NCBI RefSeq assembly: GCF_006345805.1
Contig: NC_043007.1
Coordinates: 60,326,001-60,390,000 of the forward strand
DNA: 64,000 nucleotides
Source of the DNA: Octopus sinensis
Taxonomy: Eukaryota
Reading direction: 5' to 3'
Shown: positions 50,451 through 61,785 of the stretch, one piece after another
How the letters are laid out: every line of letters begins with the position of its first letter
How positions within the stretch are numbered: position 1 is the stretch's first letter
Position numbers and translations under genes: made by a program
The notes under the pieces: model-generated
Databases searched by the model: none
The model's input: only the letters and a program-made list of their open reading frames with translations
Told to the model about the DNA's origin: nothing

Positions 50451-52699
50451 GTCAGCTATAACTGAACATTCTTAGTGCTTTTTTGTTTTTTCTTCCTTCC
50501 CCATCCCTTCAAATCTCCATCACCTATCAAGCTTCTGCTTTAAAAGTTAACACTAAATGCAAGAGCTATGTCCTTAAAGCATCTAGGCTTACGGGTTTAA
50601 ATATTTTAGTTGCCTTTTTTTTTAATTTAAGAATATTGTCCACATAAGACAGAGAATACTAGATTTAAATTTTATTTCTTTTAATTACATCTGTATTTTT
50701 TTTTTGTTAATTTTTATGCCCTAGATATATTTCTGTATAGAAACAAACCTCAGCTAATTTTTTTGTTAGTTTGTTTCCTAATAAACATCTAAAACATTTA
50801 GACACACAAATTCTTTGTTTTAAAAATATTAAATTTTTTTTTTTTAAATATATTGCTAAACTATCTAGAAAAATTAATAAACCATATGCAATAAATTTTA
50901 AATGTTCTGGTTTTCACAATTTTAAGTAAGGAAATGAAACAGCCTAAAGTCATCAGCTAAAATGTTATATTTTGTTTATATAGTATTAAGAATGCAATCA
51001 CTTACTAAGTTTATTCACAGATCTCACTCATACAGACTAAGAAATTCTTAATAGTTGCTCCCTGTTAAAATGCCTTCAGGACTGGGTGCTCTTGTCTAAC
51101 TGTAGACTCCAAATTCTGTCATACTTGTATCTCTTGGCTTGTAGCTGCTTGCATACTAATGAGTTCTTAATACTTACCTGTGTGGCTGGCAAGGACTTTT
51201 TTTATTTAACAACTGCATTTTGCTTTTACTAAAGTTTATTTGAAGATTTTAAAATAATACAATAATATTTGATGTATTTGTTTTTACATCTTTTTGATCT
51301 AATTAAATTGACATTTAACTTCAATTAAACTTCTGGTAAATGCAAATAAATTCCTGGTACATGGGCATCACTTGTACTTTTACTGTTTATTTCACTGTTC
51401 TAACTCTTTTGTCTACAGATACCTGTATTCATTTGTTCATTGCTTCAAATGTTATTAATGTTGCTGTCATTCTGTTCACCATTGTTATATTTTTCAGACA
51501 AATTTTACAATGTATTTCATGAATGAATTTTTGTTTGTTTGTTTTACAGTACAACTTGTTGTTTGTGCTATATAGAAATCAATTAAATCATTACAAAATG
51601 ATTTTATATATATTTTTATTATAATATAAACCCTTAAAAATGTATGCCAGTAACTAACAATTTTTTTCTTTCATTCAAATATCATTCTCTAGCTTCTACA
51701 TTTTGTCAGCTGATACAAAACTTAGCTCAGCATAGTAAAAATAGTCAATACTACTTTCCTTTCCTAAATGCCTTCTTTTCTCAAAATAAAATTAGTGGAT
51801 CGTAAATATTCAACTAATGTTTGAAAGATTGACAAACTATTTAGTGAGATAGGGTAAAACATTCAACTCTATTAAACCTGACTAAGTATGAAGTTATTAT
51901 TAGTGGAAGGTGTAAGTCCTTGGTGAGCCATATCTACATATCAGTGTCTTTTCTTGTTTAGAGCCACTAACGCTTTGTCAGTAAGCATGAACATTGCAAC
52001 CTCCCACACCCTTTGAAATATCTAAAGTCTCATCTATATCAGAATCAATAGCATTCATTATTGTTATAACTATTATTTTGAAAAGCACAATGACTAGTTT
52101 TCGAATATGTGCATCACAGTACATATTTTGGTGTATACCATAGAAAATAGTACAATTTTTCTAAGTTTTACTTTATATAGAGGTTTATATCCATTTTTAA
52201 ATCATTCTCATCCTCATTATCATTATTATTGCTATAAAGTTTTGTATGATAACACTGGTCAACATTATTTTCATTGCCAAAGTTATTAGAATAATGTTTA
52301 TAGTAGGTTTAGGATGCTGATCTGAATATGGTATCAATTTTACCAGATTGGCACTAGTGCTTGACATAACTGAAGACCCCATATCTGAGAATTTATTATC
52401 CTTAGCTTTCTAATCCCCTATCATTTCTATGACAGTTGCTGAACTGATTTTTAGGTATTAAATCATCTAATTTCTTTCATAGTAAATAAAAGAATTAAAA
52501 ATATTATTTTTAATAAAGCATCAGAACCTATTGACATAAAATGTCAAAAAAAATACACTAAAAATCATGAAAAAAATAAGCAAAATGTTTTATGGCATCT
52601 TATATAGTAATAGTCTACAAGCCAATATACAGATACACTGGCTAATTGAATATTAAAATATACCAATCAATGCCTTAAACAGATTTTTTTTGTGTGTAT

Positions 52700-53830
52700 A
52701 TGGTTTAGCAGGACATTCATGCTGAAGGGTCTAGCACTAATCTGCCATTATGTGCCTGTCCCATCTGCCTTGATACCTTTCATTTATCACTCTTATATCC
52801 TGGTGGAATCTCTCTCTTTGTTCCTCATTGAAATCTTCAAGATTCTCTGGAAATATGCCCAAGTGGTTATTTCAGAAAACTATAGTCTGAGGAAGCAAAA
52901 AATATTCATATTCTTCCTTTTAGTTTTTTGATTCTCAAGTCAAGGAATGAGTTGAAAATGTACTTGAAGCAATCATCATCATTGTCCAAACCTCTGGCAA
53001 ATTGCTTCATCTGTTCAAGTCTGATATAGAAGGGATGAAAAATATTCTCTTTGAAGTAATGATTGTCTCCTTTGAAGGTCATGTCACTTTTTGTCAATGA
53101 TCTTGCTTTGCTCTACAATCTCATAAGCTTGTGAAATAAGGTTTTTCATGTACCCGGTTTGCTGTCCAAGCAACCAATTCACCATCCTTAGGTCAAAGCA
53201 AATAAACTACTGATGTTCATGATAGAGTTTCTACTAGACAATTACATTTTCATATTCTGTAAGCTTAATTGAATGAGTAATTGGTAAAGGCACCTAGCTG
53301 TTTCCATTGTGTAATAAAACACATTTCCATGTTCTGGTGGAGCTGTCTATAAAAAGCCACCCATCTTGTGGGTGATATTCTGGTAGTCCCATTTGGAGTA
53401 AAAGTCTAGGAGATGTTATTATCAAAGACAAAAATCTTCATCTTTGCTGAAGTAAGGAAGAAGTGTTTATTATCCCTTTTTGATAAGCTGTTACTTAAAT
53501 TTCTGATTTTTTTTTATCCTGGACGCTCAGATTCAATGAATTGCTTTGAAAAGCTGACGCTTCATATCAGATCATTAAGTTTTTTTGTTTTTTGCTTTTT
53601 TGAGAACTGCTTTGGTGTTATTTACTTCTCTGGTAAGCACCAAGTTCTGCATTTCACATTTCTTCAACCTCTGACAAAAGAATATCAGACAGAGGGGTAA
53701 ACACTTGTATGGGAATTTCATTGCTGTGTGATGCAGGCCACTTAACAGATTCCAAATCAGGATGCTCCCACATTTCTTGTAGCAATAGAAACCTTTCACA
53801 ACCACTGTGTTGGTTTTACAGTTCTTCGCA
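52700..53830 (-). mobile_element. Decayed DNA transposase remnant, probably Chapaev3-like (CMC superfamily)
   Basis: Minus strand: LFIDSSTRTWKCVLLHNGN, DLRMVNWLLGQQTGY and PFYIRLEQMKQFARGLDNDDDCFKY, resembling PLHIKLGLMKQFVKAL-type transposases. The family name is from recall and unverified. Confidence 0.65.
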
Positions 53831-54554
53831 CACCATAGGCACTTAAAAGTTTTAAGTTTTTATTTTTTTCCATTTGGCCATTGTCAAAAGGACTCTACAT
53901 AGATTTTTACATACTATTTAGTGAGCCCATGACTTATCTTACTCTCTAAGCTTTACTCCCAAATAAGAAAGGTGTGCTTTTTATTTATTTTTTTTTTATT
54001 TTGCTGTAAATATATTCAAGCAAAATACATTTGGATCATTTAAACAGGTTCTTTATGGTGGACTCATATTTACATCTTTACTTCCCAAAAATAATGAAAA
54101 ACTGATTATTAAATCTGAGAGACAGTTTAAAATTAAATTTGAAATAAAAATATGTAAACAATAACTTTGTTGCATATTTCACCGAGTATATTTGCTAATA
54201 TTCAATGATTCAGTGGTATTATCAAATATAGCATCTCTAGTTGGGCATCCCAAGTTAGTCAAGTTGTCAAGTGACCAAGGTATTACAACCTCAGACCTAA
54301 CTTAACTCCTAAACCTACATTTTGATCTGATTTAGAAAAATCCTTGTGTAACATTATAATTTTAGAATTCCGTTATTTCAAAAACTAGAGCCAATCTGGT
54401 AAAACCAACATCATTACCATAAATTCATTTGAATAATGTTGGCAATTAAATTTTTTTTTCTTTTTGTTGGCCAGAGTAATGTGACTATAAGTATCTCTTT
54501 AATATGGTTAACTGTAAAATAAGTCAAATGAAATACCATTTCTTATTGGTGTAG

Positions 54555-54617
54555 TCAATAAGTTACAAACTGGTATTTACCTCTCTGTTGCCACTCATAC
54601 TCTCGTATGGTTTGCAT
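54555..54617 (+). CDS. Weak candidate 63-nt cassette exon
   Basis: ttcttattggtgtAG| ... GCAT|gtaagc. 63 nt, open in phase 1: (V)NKLQTGIYLSVATHTLVWFA. Strong donor but weak acceptor and a rather hydrophobic peptide. Confidence 0.2.
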
Positions 54618-55971
54618 GTAAGCATAGCACCTGCTTTCTGCTGCAATTTATTGCAACTATTGCTTGTATCAGACTGCAGTATTTTTCACTTTGTTTTGTT
54701 TATGTATTTGTTTTTTGTTGTTTTTATCCAATTTTTCATATTTTAAACTTTTTAAATATTTTCTTTTAATTTTTTTTCATTGTTGTTGGGAATATGTACT
54801 TTGTTTCCCTGAGTTCTTTTTTATCAAGGTCTCAAGGGCACAAAACCTTATCATCAGGATGCTCATCATTTAAAGTGACAGATGTTGTACATGCTTTGAT
54901 TTATTTTTATATTGTTTTTGAACTTAATTTTCTATTAGCCGTTGTGAGGTTTGATATCACTTGCATTGGAAATATTCTGATAATCACAAAAGATCCAAAT
55001 GATGCAAACCAGTTAAGGATAGCTTTAAGAAATAACATATATCATAGCTTAACCTTCATTTCATTCTTAGTAGAAAAAAATCACTTCATAAACACCATTG
55101 GCAAAAAATAAACCATTCTGATTTTCACTAAGTTTACAAACTTCTTAGGTAATGTCATAAGGTATTTAATAAAAAAAAAAAAACATTTAAATTCAGCAGT
55201 TAAGAATCTCTAAGCCACAAGCTATTAAGGATTTAAGTTTCCAGTTTATAATACTTTATCCTAAAAGACACTATTGACCCTACAGAGTTCAAAGTAGCTT
55301 ATTCTCATAAAAATGTTTTTAGAAAAAATAATACAATATACAATAGCTCTATAAATAAAGATTAACCATTATCTTTTTTACATAAAACATAGAGATAAAT
55401 TGCCACGTTGAAAAATTAATGCAAATGAGCCCTCTACTACACTGCTTAATGTAAATCAGGGTGTCAGAAGACAAATGTTACACAACTAGGGTCTCTGATT
55501 TTTTGATTGCACAAGGACATAAGAACATCCTGTAAATATGAATTATCAAAAAAAAAAAAAAAAGAAAATAGTTCCTTTCTTACACATAAAGCCAAAACAA
55601 CTTACCTTAGCCAATATGCCACAAATATTAACATGTAGGGGTCACGTACCTGACAATAGTCATTACAACAGCAAAGGCATAAACAAAGTGCATACACTAT
55701 CTATCATACTAATGCTCATCAGTTTGATGGTTGTCAAAGGGTTGAAACATTGCTGAAAAGAAGCTCTGACTAATCAGATACATATTCAGAAAACAAAAAG
55801 AAACAAACCAGTCATGGTGGCACTGAAATGTATCTGAAAAGAAAGCTACTGGCCACTATGTAATTACATTAACGCTTATATACACTCTACATATATACAC
55901 CCAGTGAATCAGTCATAGACATATTTAAATAGTGTTACCTTATAAGATAATAGTGTGTGTGTATGTATGGA

Positions 55972-56011
<40 letters not shown>

Positions 56012-56314
56012 ATTTTTGAAGCATCATTGAAGCTGTAGAGTGATGCACAAGCACTCAACTATGAGTGCATTGCATCCTCAACACAAAAAACTGTAAGCTA
56101 AAGACATTCATGATGTGATGTTTTATACCTTTGTCATTTTACTTTTTTATTACTGCTCTCTACTTGACTGATGCTTTGTTCTGAACCATATGTATATTGA
56201 GTTCTAACACCAGGATATTAGTATCACTATACCTAAATGAAATAATGAAAGATAAATTAATAGATATGTATACACACATAATTTATATACTTGTTTCTGT
56301 GTCTGTATTTGTAT

Positions 56315-56347
56315 GTATATACACGTGTGTGTGTGTGTGTGTGTGTG

Positions 56348-56434
<87 letters not shown>

Positions 56435-56460
56435 GATACACACACACATACACATATGTG
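56315..56460. repeat. Compound microsatellite (GT)n(TA)n(CA)n
   Basis: Directly visible. Confidence 0.95.
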
Positions 56461-57599
56461 AAGCTGGCAGTACATCATTAATAGTTAAAATTGTATGTAA
56501 CTTTTCTAATAGATAAACATACACATGCACCTGTATTCTTATATATGTGGATATATATATTTACAACTTCTCAGTGTGGTACTTAATCACATGTAATAAC
56601 CTTAAATGTTAGAGGTCAATATTGTACATTGCATTTAACTATAAAAATCCACATCTTCAGTGCATTCCATGAAAGATGTTGCACATACCATGAAATAGGC
56701 TACAAATGAGAAAGAGAACAAAACACATTTAAAAGAATAGCAGAAGGAAAAAGAGAGTATTAGTGACATTTCAAGTATTCATTTCCTACAGATGTTTCAT
56801 TAATTCTTACATGATGTTTTATTAAGAACCATAAGTTACATTGTTATGATATGACTATATAATTGTATAGCTATGTAGGAAATGAATATGTGAAATATTT
56901 TCTTCCCTCTACCATTGTTGTTCCAAATTTGTTTTACTTTCTTTATCCATTGTAGCCTATTCTACATTATATACAACTTACTGCATGGAAAGGCAGTTAA
57001 GATGTGAACCTTTTGAGTTTCATGCAATGTGATATATTTTCGTATTTTTCATGCTTAATCTCTAGAAGTACCCATAAATATGTATATATTTGTGTGTGTG
57101 TGTATACACACATACATAGTCTAACGCATAGGGAGAAACCAAACTGCTTGTGAGATGATTCTACCACCATGCACACTATGGTACATTCATATTGATGAGA
57201 AAAATAATGTCATATCTGCAATATGCGTATGTTCCTGCAGAACAAAAGCTGGATTGAAAACCCACCTGTGAGCCCATGATCATGTAAGTTCAATGAAGAG
57301 AGGGCACTCTTCTGGCAAGAAGTAAGAATCGGCATGTGTGTGTGTATATATATATATTTTATATATATACATACACATAAGCAAGTTTTGACTCAATAGA
57401 ACAAACCCATGTTTCTTTATGCAGATCTTTCAATGCTGGAATTGTAGAATTGCAGATGATGATTAGTGTTACATTCTACAAGGTATAGAACTCTAGGTGA
57501 CTCTGTGCGTGTGTATACCTACACATGCATGCTCATGCACGCACACACTTGTGTGCCCTTGACATCAGCAAAACTTTTAGCCATGTCTAGAATGCAAAT

Positions 57600-58680
57600 C
57601 TTCAACCAAAACGGCCCACCAAGGTGATCAACATGCATCACTTCCAATTATATTGTACCTTTGTGTGTGAATATCAGTTCTTTATACCCCAGCCTCAAAC
57701 AAATTTTGTGCCCTTGGTTTTGTCCCCTCCCCCCACTCTCTTCCTTCTGTACATCAATGACCTACTTACCTCCATGTCTAACACTGCTCAATCTTATGTA
57801 GATGACACCAGCCTTCATTATTCCCTAACTTTCCCCAACCATGCATTATCCACATGCAACCATGACACTACATATCAAACCTGCATCAATTCCAGAAAGA
57901 AGCCTTTAGAGCATCCTACAGTGGGGCCATGCTAAGTTATCCCTTTTAACAACAATAGAATTTAGCCCTTTAGCATTTAATCCAGCCATATCTGGCCCAA
58001 ATATTCTACGTGTTTTATGTTCAAACTGGCCAGATCCAGCATCTTACACCAACCCACCAATGTCCTTCTAAAATTAAACCCTCACATCTTTGGAATCTCA
58101 AAGCTACAAGCTAATACATGATTAATTCAAAACAATGTGACTAAATAAGCATTACATTTGACAGAATAATCTGAACACTAAAGGGTTAAGCACTAATTAT
58201 ATGAAGGTACCACCAACACACCACATACCCTCTAAACATGTGCAGCACTCAACCTAAAGCTCTCATAGTCACTCCAATGCAGGGTCTCACTGTCACTGAG
58301 AATCTCTCCTGGCAAAAGCACTTCCTTAACATCCTAAGACTGCATCTCCAAAGACTGGTCGTTCTCTTTTGTGTGAGAAAATATTTCAGTCCTAATAGAT
58401 GCTGTCACTCTACAAAGCTCATGTGAGGCTCACAATGGAATACTGCTCCCACACCTGGGACATTGCTGCTGCTACACTCACAGATATTGCAGACCACATC
58501 CAGAAGAGAGCAACTTGCAGGTGTGTTTCTTTTTTCTCACTACTATAAAGGTGGCTGGTCTCATATCTCTATCACTCAGGTGCTCTCAGCCACTTATCTC
58601 TTTACCTCCCATCACTTTGCTACATTCAGTCTCCCTAACCCACACTAACCATTGCCTTCTTGAAATTTTTCCCAGCTCAT
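57600..58680 (+). mobile_element. Decayed CR1/Jockey-group LINE RT fragment, interrupted by a MITE
   Basis: VLSPPPTLFLLYINDLL..SYVDDTSLH; then GLTVTENLSWQKH and YKAHVRLTMEYCSHTW. Confidence 0.8.
57966..58185. mobile_element. piggyBac-type MITE family 1 (most complete copy)
   Basis: TTAG|CCCTTTAGCATT ... AACACTAAAGGG|TTAA, 220 bp. Confidence 0.8.
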
Positions 58681-58974
58681 ATCTTTCCTTCAAGAATGTG
58701 ATAGCCAAATGCAACATTAATAGCATCAGTCTCACTGGTTTCAAACCACCTACAAGGGTCATAATTGCTTCCCCTTCCTCTGGACCCAGCTAGTAAAAGA
58801 TACACTTTCACACACACACATGCATAGTATATGTGTACATGTAGTATGTGTATACACATACATACATACATACATACATACAGACACACATCTTCAAGCA
58901 TTTTGGTCATCATTGGTTGGAAACTAGCATCAACATATTTAATTATGTGTATACACACACACACACTGCGTTCA

Positions 58975-59610
58975 TTAGTGGGTCTTAAAATAACCCACGT
59001 GGAAACAAACTACATACTGTTGGAAAACGTAGGAATAGGCCAAATAGTGGTGGAGAATGATGAAATTCAGGAGGTGAAGAGGTACATTTTCTCAGAACAA
59101 ACAGTAAATATATGCTGAGACATAAACACTGAAATTTTATGCAGGGTAAGGGCAGGCTGGTAAACATTTGCCCCAGATAAAGCTATGCTCAGAATACAGC
59201 TGAACAAGACCTTGCATGCCAGTCTCTTCAATAGCACCATCCTGCTTGCACTCTTACCCACAAGTGAGTCAAGCTACTGCAAAGAAGGAAAACCAATGAC
59301 TGGGTGCAACACTCAGGATCATGGAAAGATCCATGCTAGAAATAGCATATCTGAAAGAAAGTTATTCAAAAATTTGAGTAGAGTGAACAATGTGATTGTG
59401 GAATGCTAAAAGCGCAAATTATGTCAGACTGTATATGTCACGAAGCTCACAGACAACAGGTGAAGAACCTGTACAGTTATCGAATAGCATCCAAGACTTC
59501 AGAGAAAACCACTCAGAAGTTCTCCAAGATGAAGAGATGACATGGTGTAACAATTCAGGCCCCAAAGGAAGAGTAAACTGGAAGCTCATTGTGACCAGTT
59601 ATGTATAAGG
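58975..59610 (+). mobile_element. Decayed RTE-1-like LINE 3' coding fragment
   Basis: ENDEIQEVKRYI, LHASLFNSTIL, MERSML and TDNR...HPR..RK remnants in shifting frames. Confidence 0.6.
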
Positions 59611-59644
59611 ACGTCTGATAATCCAGTCAATAGAGCCACATATA

Positions 59645-60015
59645 TCTCTTATCTTTTACTTGTTTCAATCATTGGACTGCAGCCATGCTGGGGCAATACT
59701 TTGAAGGGTTTTTAGTCAAATAGGTCATCCTCAGTACATTTTTTTAAAGTTTTGTACTTATTCTATTAATCTTGTTTGTTGAACTGCTAAGTTAGAGACA
59801 TAAACAAACCAACACCAATTGTTAGGCAGTAAGGAAGTAACACAAAGATATACACAGCAGGTTTCTACACAGTTTCCATCTACTAAATTCATTCACAAGG
59901 TATTGGTTGGCCTTTGGCTATAGAAGTCACTGGCCGTAGATACTACATAGTTAACAGAACCTGAAACTAAGTTGTTGCATAGTGACCTTAACCTGAGAGC
60001 CATGTCTGCACCTAT
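59645..60015 (-). mobile_element. SINE head A with body E (minus strand)
   Basis: tcttttacttgtttcaatcattggactgcagccatgctgggg...tttctacacagtttccatctactaaattc. Confidence 0.8.
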
Positions 60016-60029
60016 ATGTATCTAGCTAG

Positions 60030-60098
<69 letters not shown>

Positions 60099-60131
60099 CC
60101 ACACCATACACACACACACACACACACACAC

Positions 60132-60177
<46 letters not shown>
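60030..60177. repeat. Symmetric compound microsatellite (TA)n(CA)n(TA)n
   Basis: Directly visible. Confidence 0.95.
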
Positions 60178-60178
<1 letters not shown>

Positions 60179-60482
60179 GGCGCAGGAGTGGCTGTGTGGT
60201 AAGTAGCTTGCTAACCAACCACATGGTTGCGGGTTCAGTCCCACTGCGTGGCATCATGGGCAACTGTCTTCTGCTATAGCCCCGGGCCGACCAATGCCTT
60301 CAGTGGATTTGGTAGACGGAAACTGAAAGAAGCCTGTCGTATATATGTATATATATATGTGTGTGTCTGTGCTTGACAACCAATGCTGGTGTGTTTACGT
60401 TCCCGTCACTTAGCGGTTCGGCAAAAGAGACCGAGAGATACTGGGCTTACAAAGAATAAGTCCCGGGTTCGATTGATCGACT
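60178..60482 (+). mobile_element. Young (CpG-rich) SINE head A with body E, cut by the assembly gap
   Basis: A-box-like TGGCTGTGTGG and B-box-like GGTTCAGTCCC; many CpGs retained (ccccgggccgacc, tagacggaaac, ttagcggttcggc). Confidence 0.9.
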
Positions 60483-60582
60483 NNNNNNNNNNNNNNNNNN
60501 NNNNNNNNNNNNNNNNNNNNNNNNNNNNNNNNNNNNNNNNNNNNNNNNNNNNNNNNNNNNNNNNNNNNNNNNNNNNNNNNNN
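60483..60582. other. Assembly gap (100 N)
   Basis: Run of N; the true size is unknown. Confidence 1.
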
Positions 60583-61166
60583 GTCTACTACCACTCTAAA
60601 TGCTTTGCAATCGTTTGTTTTTCAAAGTAGTGGTTTTCTGATTGCAGCCCTCCCATGAAATCTGGGTTTGTGCAGCTCCCGGTGAACAGTTTTTGTGGAA
60701 ACTGGGTTCCCAAGGTGATCGTGAAGCTCTGCAATAATTTTGGAAGCTGTACTTTTGTGATCCTTTCTAACAATTTGCATAAGAGTCTAACAGTCCCCAT
60801 CTGAAAGTTTTGGTTTTCTTCCGGAGTTTTGTTTTGACAAAGAGGTTTTCCCCTCTTTCTCAAAGGCTGTCATTAATTTTGAGACAGTACTTTGTGATAC
60901 ACCAAACATTTTGGCTGTTTTCATTACACTGGCACCTGCCATATGAGTACCAACAATTTGACCTCTTTGAAAGTCTGATAGATGTGTCATTTTAATGAAT
61001 TTTAATTACCTTTTTCTGATGATATCTGAAAAGAACAGAAATTTTAGCAAAACATATTAAGCAACACTAATAATAAATCAAAAAACAAAAATAAACAAGC
61101 TTTTGACGGTTTTATAGATATTTCAAAATCAGGATACTAGGTGTTTCCATTATTTTGTCCAACCCC

Positions 61167-61168
<2 letters not shown>
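60583..61168 (-). mobile_element. Tc1-family transposon, 5' part (TIR and transposase HTH region), cut by the gap
   Basis: The minus strand starts TA|TAGGGGTTGGACAAAATAATGGAAACACC. It encodes MTHLSDFQRGQIVGTHMAGASVMKTAKMFGVS...NSGRKPKLSDGDC*TLMQIVRKDHKSTASKIIAEL..LGNPVSTKTVHRELHK..FHGRAAIRKPLL*: two stops and one frameshift. Confidence 0.9.
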
Positions 61169-61212
<44 letters not shown>

Positions 61213-61399
61213 TTATTGACCGCACGTACTTAGTGTATGGCAGTTTAGCACTATGGGAACAACTCCCTCATAGCATTAGGTATTGAAACACCCAAAAATC
61301 ATTGACTAGCAAGACAGTTTGCCTTTCGATCCCATATATATGTGTGTGTGCGTATATGTATGAAACTTCAAGTTGCTTGTAGCTGAATCAAACTGTTAG

Positions 61400-61785
61400 G
61401 TACAGAAGTGGCTGTGTGGTAAATAGATTGCTTACCAACCACATAGTTCCAGGTTCAGTCCCACTGCATGGCACTTTGGGCAAGTGTCTTCTACTATAGC
61501 CTCAAGCTAACCAAAGCCTTGTGGTTGGATTTTGTAGACAGAAACTGAAAGAAGCCTGCCATGTGTATATATGTATATATGTGTGTGTGTGTCTGTGTTT
61601 GCCCCTCCACCATCACTTGACAACCAATGTTGGTGTGTTTACATCCCTGTAATTTAGCAATTCAACAAAAGAGACCAATAGAATAAGTGCTAGGCTTACA
61701 AAGAATAAGTCCTGGGGTCGATTTCTTCGACTAAAAGGTGGTGCTCCAGCATGGCTGCAGTCAAATGACAAACAGATAAAAAGAA
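61400..61785 (+). mobile_element. SINE head A with body E
   Basis: gtggctgtgtggtaaatagattgcttaccaaccacatagttccaggttcagtccca...gtcctggggtcgatttcttcgactaaaaggtggtgctccagcatggctgcagtc. Confidence 0.9.

Noticed and set aside
60181-60255. tRNA-like sequence with A and B boxes
   Set aside because: It is the head of a multi-copy SINE; no complete cloverleaf or acceptor stem could be supported.
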